A DNA stretch of 64,000 nucleotides from Vulcanimicrobiota bacterium (GTDB lineage: Bacteria > Vulcanimicrobiota > Vulcanimicrobiia > Vulcanimicrobiales > Vulcanimicrobiaceae): NCBI GenBank assembly GCA_003134035.1, contig PLAE01000249.1, forward strand, positions 2,964-66,963. The letters are read 5' to 3'. The position numbers were made by a program, and so were the translations under genes. Each line of letters opens with the position of its first letter. Position 1 is the stretch's first letter. The notes beneath the pieces were generated by a model. The model was not told the DNA's origin. It did not search any database and saw only the letters and a list, made by a program, of their open reading frames with translations. Positions 60,968 through 64,000 of this stretch are shown here, one piece after another.

Positions 60968-61698
60968 GCCGCATTACCGTCATCGACATCCAGCACAAGA
61001 CCTTCAAGAAGCAGCTGCAAGGTTACGATCGCGCCGAAGTCGACGCGTTCTTGGACGAAGTCATCGAAACGATCGAAGACGAGGCCACCGCGCGCGCCGC
61101 GCTCGAGGCCGAGATCGCCGATCTGCGCGAACGGATCAGTCATTTCAAGGCGATTGAAGAGTCGCTGCAGCACACGCTGGTCTTGGCCCAGCGCACGGCC
61201 GACGAGGTCAAGGCCGCCGCGCATACCGAAGCCGACCTGATCAAGCGCGAGGCCCGCATGCATGCCGAGCGGGAAGTCGCCGATCTGGACGATCGGATTT
61301 CGGAAGCGCGCCGCGAATTTGCGCGCGCGCTCGACACGGCGGCCCAAGCCAAGAGCGAGCTGCGCTCGCTGTTGATGTCGCACCTGTCGCTGATCGACCG
61401 GCCCCTCGCGGCGCACGAGCTGCGTTCGGCCGCCGCGCTCAACCCGGCCGAGCCGGCTCCGCTCGACGCGGCGAATGCGGCGAACCGGTCGGCGCCGTCG
61501 ACGCCGGCGGCCACGGCGAACGAAATGGCTTCGGCCGGCCGGACGGCAGCGCCCAACGGATCGCCGCTGCGCGCGACGGTGCCGCTCGATGAGCGACCAA
61601 CGATCGTCTCCGAGGAAATCGAGCCGCTTGCCGGTCGCGAATCGGTTCCGAGTCCGGTCCTCATCCGCAACGGCGTCACACACACCTTGGTCAAATAG
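60964..61698 (+). CDS. divIVA: DivIVA domain protein
   Basis: 'IQHKTFKKQLQGYDRAEVDAFLDEV' followed by a coiled coil. ATG 60964 overlaps the sepF stop. Confidence 0.88.
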   Translation: MSRITVIDIQHKTFKKQLQGYDRAEVDAFLDEVIETIEDEATARAALEAEIADLRERISHFKAIEESLQHTLVLAQRTADEVKAAAHTEADLIKREARMHAEREVADLDDRISEARREFARALDTAAQAKSELRSLLMSHLSLIDRPLAAHELRSAAALNPAEPAPLDAANAANRSAPSTPAATANEMASAGRTAAPNGSPLRATVPLDERPTIVSEEIEPLAGRESVPSPVLIRNGVTHTLVK

Positions 61699-61854
61699 CG
61701 CCGTTCGGCAGCCTCGGCGTTCGCGCTGACGGCTGATACCGCCGCAGGTACCATGCCGAACGGCGGGTTCGATCTGCCGCCAAAGGGTTACTCCGCCTCG
61801 TCAGCGAGCCGATACAGCGAATATGGAAGAATTCGTTCGGTTTTGCCGACCGGC

Positions 61855-64000
61855 ATGAAAGACTCAGTCGAGTATCTGCGCGCCGTCGCGCCGGCGTTCG
61901 ACGAGGCAGGCTTCCTGAGGTCGGTCGTAGTCAACGCCGATGACGCCGTCATTATCACCTCGGCGGCGATGCCGCCCGCGAAATTGCGAATCGTCTACGT
62001 CAATGCGGCCTTCACGCGTCTCACCGGCTATAGCGCGAGCGAAGTCCTCAACGAGTCGCCGCACATGCTGCAGGGCCCGCGCAGCAATCCGGACATCCGG
62101 GCGAAGATGCGTGAGGCGCTCCTGCGGCAGACCTCCGTTACGGCCGAACTGATCAATTATCGCAAAGACGGCCGCGAATATCTCGTCGAGGTCGGTCTTA
62201 CGCCGGTTCTCGATGCCGCCGGCGTCTGCACCCACTGGATCGCGGTCGCACGTGACGTCACCGCGCTGCGGTGCGGCGAAGCCGCCGAAGGCCCCGCGTC
62301 GCGCGACCGGTACACCGCGCTCGTTGCCGAGATCGCCGAGCGCGAACGGGCGGAAAAGCAGTTAGCCTTCAATGCCGCCCACGACGATCTGACCGGCCTC
62401 TACAATCGCGACGTTTTCCTGACCCGCGTCGAGTCGGCGATTGCCCGTGCCGAGGTCGATCCGGCCTACGCGTTCTCCGTTCTCTTGCTGGATATCGACC
62501 GCTTCAAGCAGGTCAACGACCACCTCGGTCATCGCGCCGGCGATCTGGTGCTGCGCGACCTGGCGCGGCGTTTTGACGGCTTGGCCGGCTCGCGCGATAC
62601 GCTGGCGCGCATGGACGGCGACGAGTTCGCCTTGCTCATCGAGATGCCCGACGATCCCGACGAAGCCGTCTCCGTCGCGAACCGAATGATCGTGGAGACG
62701 GCGAATCGGCCGCGCACGGCCGGCGACGACGTCGTTCTCGGCGCGAGCATCGGCATCGTTCACTGGGCAGCGGGGATGCATGACCCCGAACTGCTGCTGC
62801 GCGACGCCCAGACCGCGCTCGCGCGCGCGCAACACACGTGCGGCAGCACCTACGCCGTGTTCACTTCGGAGATGCGCGCGCAGGCCGAGGGCGTGGCCCG
62901 CGTGCGCAAGGAACTGTATGGCGCGTGCGAGCGCGGCGAAATGCGGCTGTATTACCAGCCGCTCGTCGACATCGCCACCGGCGGCGTCTACGGCTTTGAG
63001 GGGTTGGTGCGCTGGCAGCATCCCGAGCACGGGTGGGTGCTGCCCGACCAATTCATTCCGGCGGCCGAGGAGACGGGCTTAATCGTCGAGCTGGGCCGTT
63101 GGGTGCTCATCGAAGGCTGCACAAAGGCCGTCGTGTTTTCGGGTCTGGCCGGCAAGCCGCTGATGATGAGTCTGAACGTCTCAAGTCAGCAGCTCTTGCA
63201 CCCGCACTTTCTCGTTCATCTCAAAGAGGCCCTCGACGTGAGCGGACTCGACCCGGCGACCTTGCAGCTTGAAATCACCGAGAGCGTCTTTCTCGCCGGC
63301 GGCAACGTCGTCGGCGCGGTGTTTGCCGCGATTCGGGCGCTCGGCATTCTCATCGCGTTCGACGATTTCGGGACCGGCTATTCGTCGCTCAGTTATCTTG
63401 AGCGCTTTCAGATCGATACGCTCAAGATTGATAAGTCGTTCGTCGCGCGCATTGACGACACGTCGGCCAAATCCGAGATCTTGCGCATGATTATCGCGCT
63501 CGCGCACGCGTTGGGTGTCGACATCGTCGCCGAAGGCGTCGAGAGCCGCGCGCAGCGCGATGCGCTCGGCCGCCTTGGCTGCACGCATCTGCAAGGGTAT
63601 CTTTTCAGCCGTCCGATCAGTGAAACGGCCGTGACCGAACTACTCGGATCGTCCGCGGCGCATGCCGAACTCGATACGCTGCTAAAGGAAACCTTGACCG
63701 ACGTCGGTTCTGCGGTTCTCTCCGAGGAGCAGCGGACAGAATTGCGGGTTCAGGTCGACCACGCGATCGAGGCGCATTACGTCTGGCTAGATCGCTTGCA
63801 GACGGCGGTGAAGACCGGCCGATCGGTCTTTGACCTAGCTGAAGTTGCGCGCGAAGATCTGTGTCCGATTGGGGTTTGGCTCAATTCGACGATCTCGGAA
63901 GCGCTGCGCACGATGCCGCTGTACTACGTGACGAAATCCCGTCACGCCGTCTTTCACCGCAGTATGGCCCGGCTGCTCGCCGCGACGGTCGCCGGCCGGC
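61855..64000 (+). CDS. PAS - degenerate GGDEF - EAL - CZB (chemoreceptor zinc-binding) signalling protein, 3'-truncated by the window end
   Basis: My own translation from ATG 61855; it is absent from the ORF track because no stop lies in the window. PAS 'NAAFTRLTGYSASEV', GGDEF site 'MDGDEF', EAL 'FEGLVRW...DDFGTGYSS...KIDKSF...EGVE', and CZB 'HYVW-25 aa-CPIGVW-21 aa-HAVFH'. An in-frame ATG at 61753 is possible, but the codons between look non-coding. Confidence 0.85.
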   Translation, partial: MKDSVEYLRAVAPAFDEAGFLRSVVVNADDAVIITSAAMPPAKLRIVYVNAAFTRLTGYSASEVLNESPHMLQGPRSNPDIRAKMREALLRQTSVTAELINYRKDGREYLVEVGLTPVLDAAGVCTHWIAVARDVTALRCGEAAEGPASRDRYTALVAEIAERERAEKQLAFNAAHDDLTGLYNRDVFLTRVESAIARAEVDPAYAFSVLLLDIDRFKQVNDHLGHRAGDLVLRDLARRFDGLAGSRDTLARMDGDEFALLIEMPDDPDEAVSVANRMIVETANRPRTAGDDVVLGASIGIVHWAAGMHDPELLLRDAQTALARAQHTCGSTYAVFTSEMRAQAEGVARVRKELYGACERGEMRLYYQPLVDIATGGVYGFEGLVRWQHPEHGWVLPDQFIPAAEETGLIVELGRWVLIEGCTKAVVFSGLAGKPLMMSLNVSSQQLLHPHFLVHLKEALDVSGLDPATLQLEITESVFLAGGNVVGAVFAAIRALGILIAFDDFGTGYSSLSYLERFQIDTLKIDKSFVARIDDTSAKSEILRMIIALAHALGVDIVAEGVESRAQRDALGRLGCTHLQGYLFSRPISETAVTELLGSSAAHAELDTLLKETLTDVGSAVLSEEQRTELRVQVDHAIEAHYVWLDRLQTAVKTGRSVFDLAEVAREDLCPIGVWLNSTISEALRTMPLYYVTKSRHAVFHRSMARLLAATVAGR

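Noticed and set aside
1-64000. Window-wide scan by eye for CRISPR arrays, IS elements and their inverted repeats, integrases/recombinases, phage structural genes, rRNA, tmRNA, RNase P and SRP RNA.
   Set aside because: None recognised. The only RNA gene I can support is tRNA-Val, and the only repeat family is the 49-nt double hairpin. A profile-based scan could still find small RNAs I cannot see by eye.

Overview
High-GC bacterial chromosomal segment, densely coding on both strands, with about 65 protein genes and one tRNA-Val. All calls rest on my own reading of the sequence and recall of family motifs; no searches or folding programs were run, and many start codons are uncertain. Most of the window is housekeeping or central metabolism. 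In order: a small accessory cassette (RHH, HEPN-like and small ORFs, DUF3175); a nucleosidase with adenosine deaminase; a TauD-like dioxygenase with a binding protein; an fbp-prk Calvin-cycle pair; a MATE exporter; tRNA-Val; a PHA locus (phaZ / phaB-phaC-XRE-phasin-like-crotonase); metX; DUF5693-csaB; an M50 protease; ileS; ilvB with an ACT small subunit; a LuxR regulator; tag; an AT-richer orphan methyltransferase; a shikimate operon (aroA-aroE fusion, aroC, aroK, aroB); two divergent secreted proteins; sugar-acid genes; msrB; a complete sulfate-assimilation regulon (sir divergent from cysH-cysC-cysA-sbp-cysT-cysW); a long translationally coupled operon (ccdA-lspA-rluD-tgt-RRM protein-GNAT-yqhA); lgt; yggS-sepF-divIVA; and a PAS-GGDEF-EAL-CZB protein running off the end. 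No CRISPR array, IS element, integrase or phage module was seen. The most interesting signals are regulatory and non-coding. (1) The divergent cys control region holds a leaderless-looking poly-Cys mini-ORF plus an intrinsic terminator in front of cysH. A second Cys-containing mini-ORF plus terminator sits in front of sir. (2) ilvB is preceded by a classical-looking Ile/Val/Leu-rich leader peptide and terminator. (3) A roughly 49-nt double-hairpin repeat family sits at gene 3' ends. (4) Several anomalies in gene structure: ilvB has no stop where its homology ends; conserved cysH N-terminal sequence lies upstream of any canonical start; a 14-nt tandem duplication sits at the sir start; and one protein fuses an RRM domain to a membrane segment and a beta-rich domain. 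Lineage was not determined. CsaB/DUF5693, SepF/DivIVA and the leaderless-type promoters suggest a terrabacterial-type lineage, by inference only.
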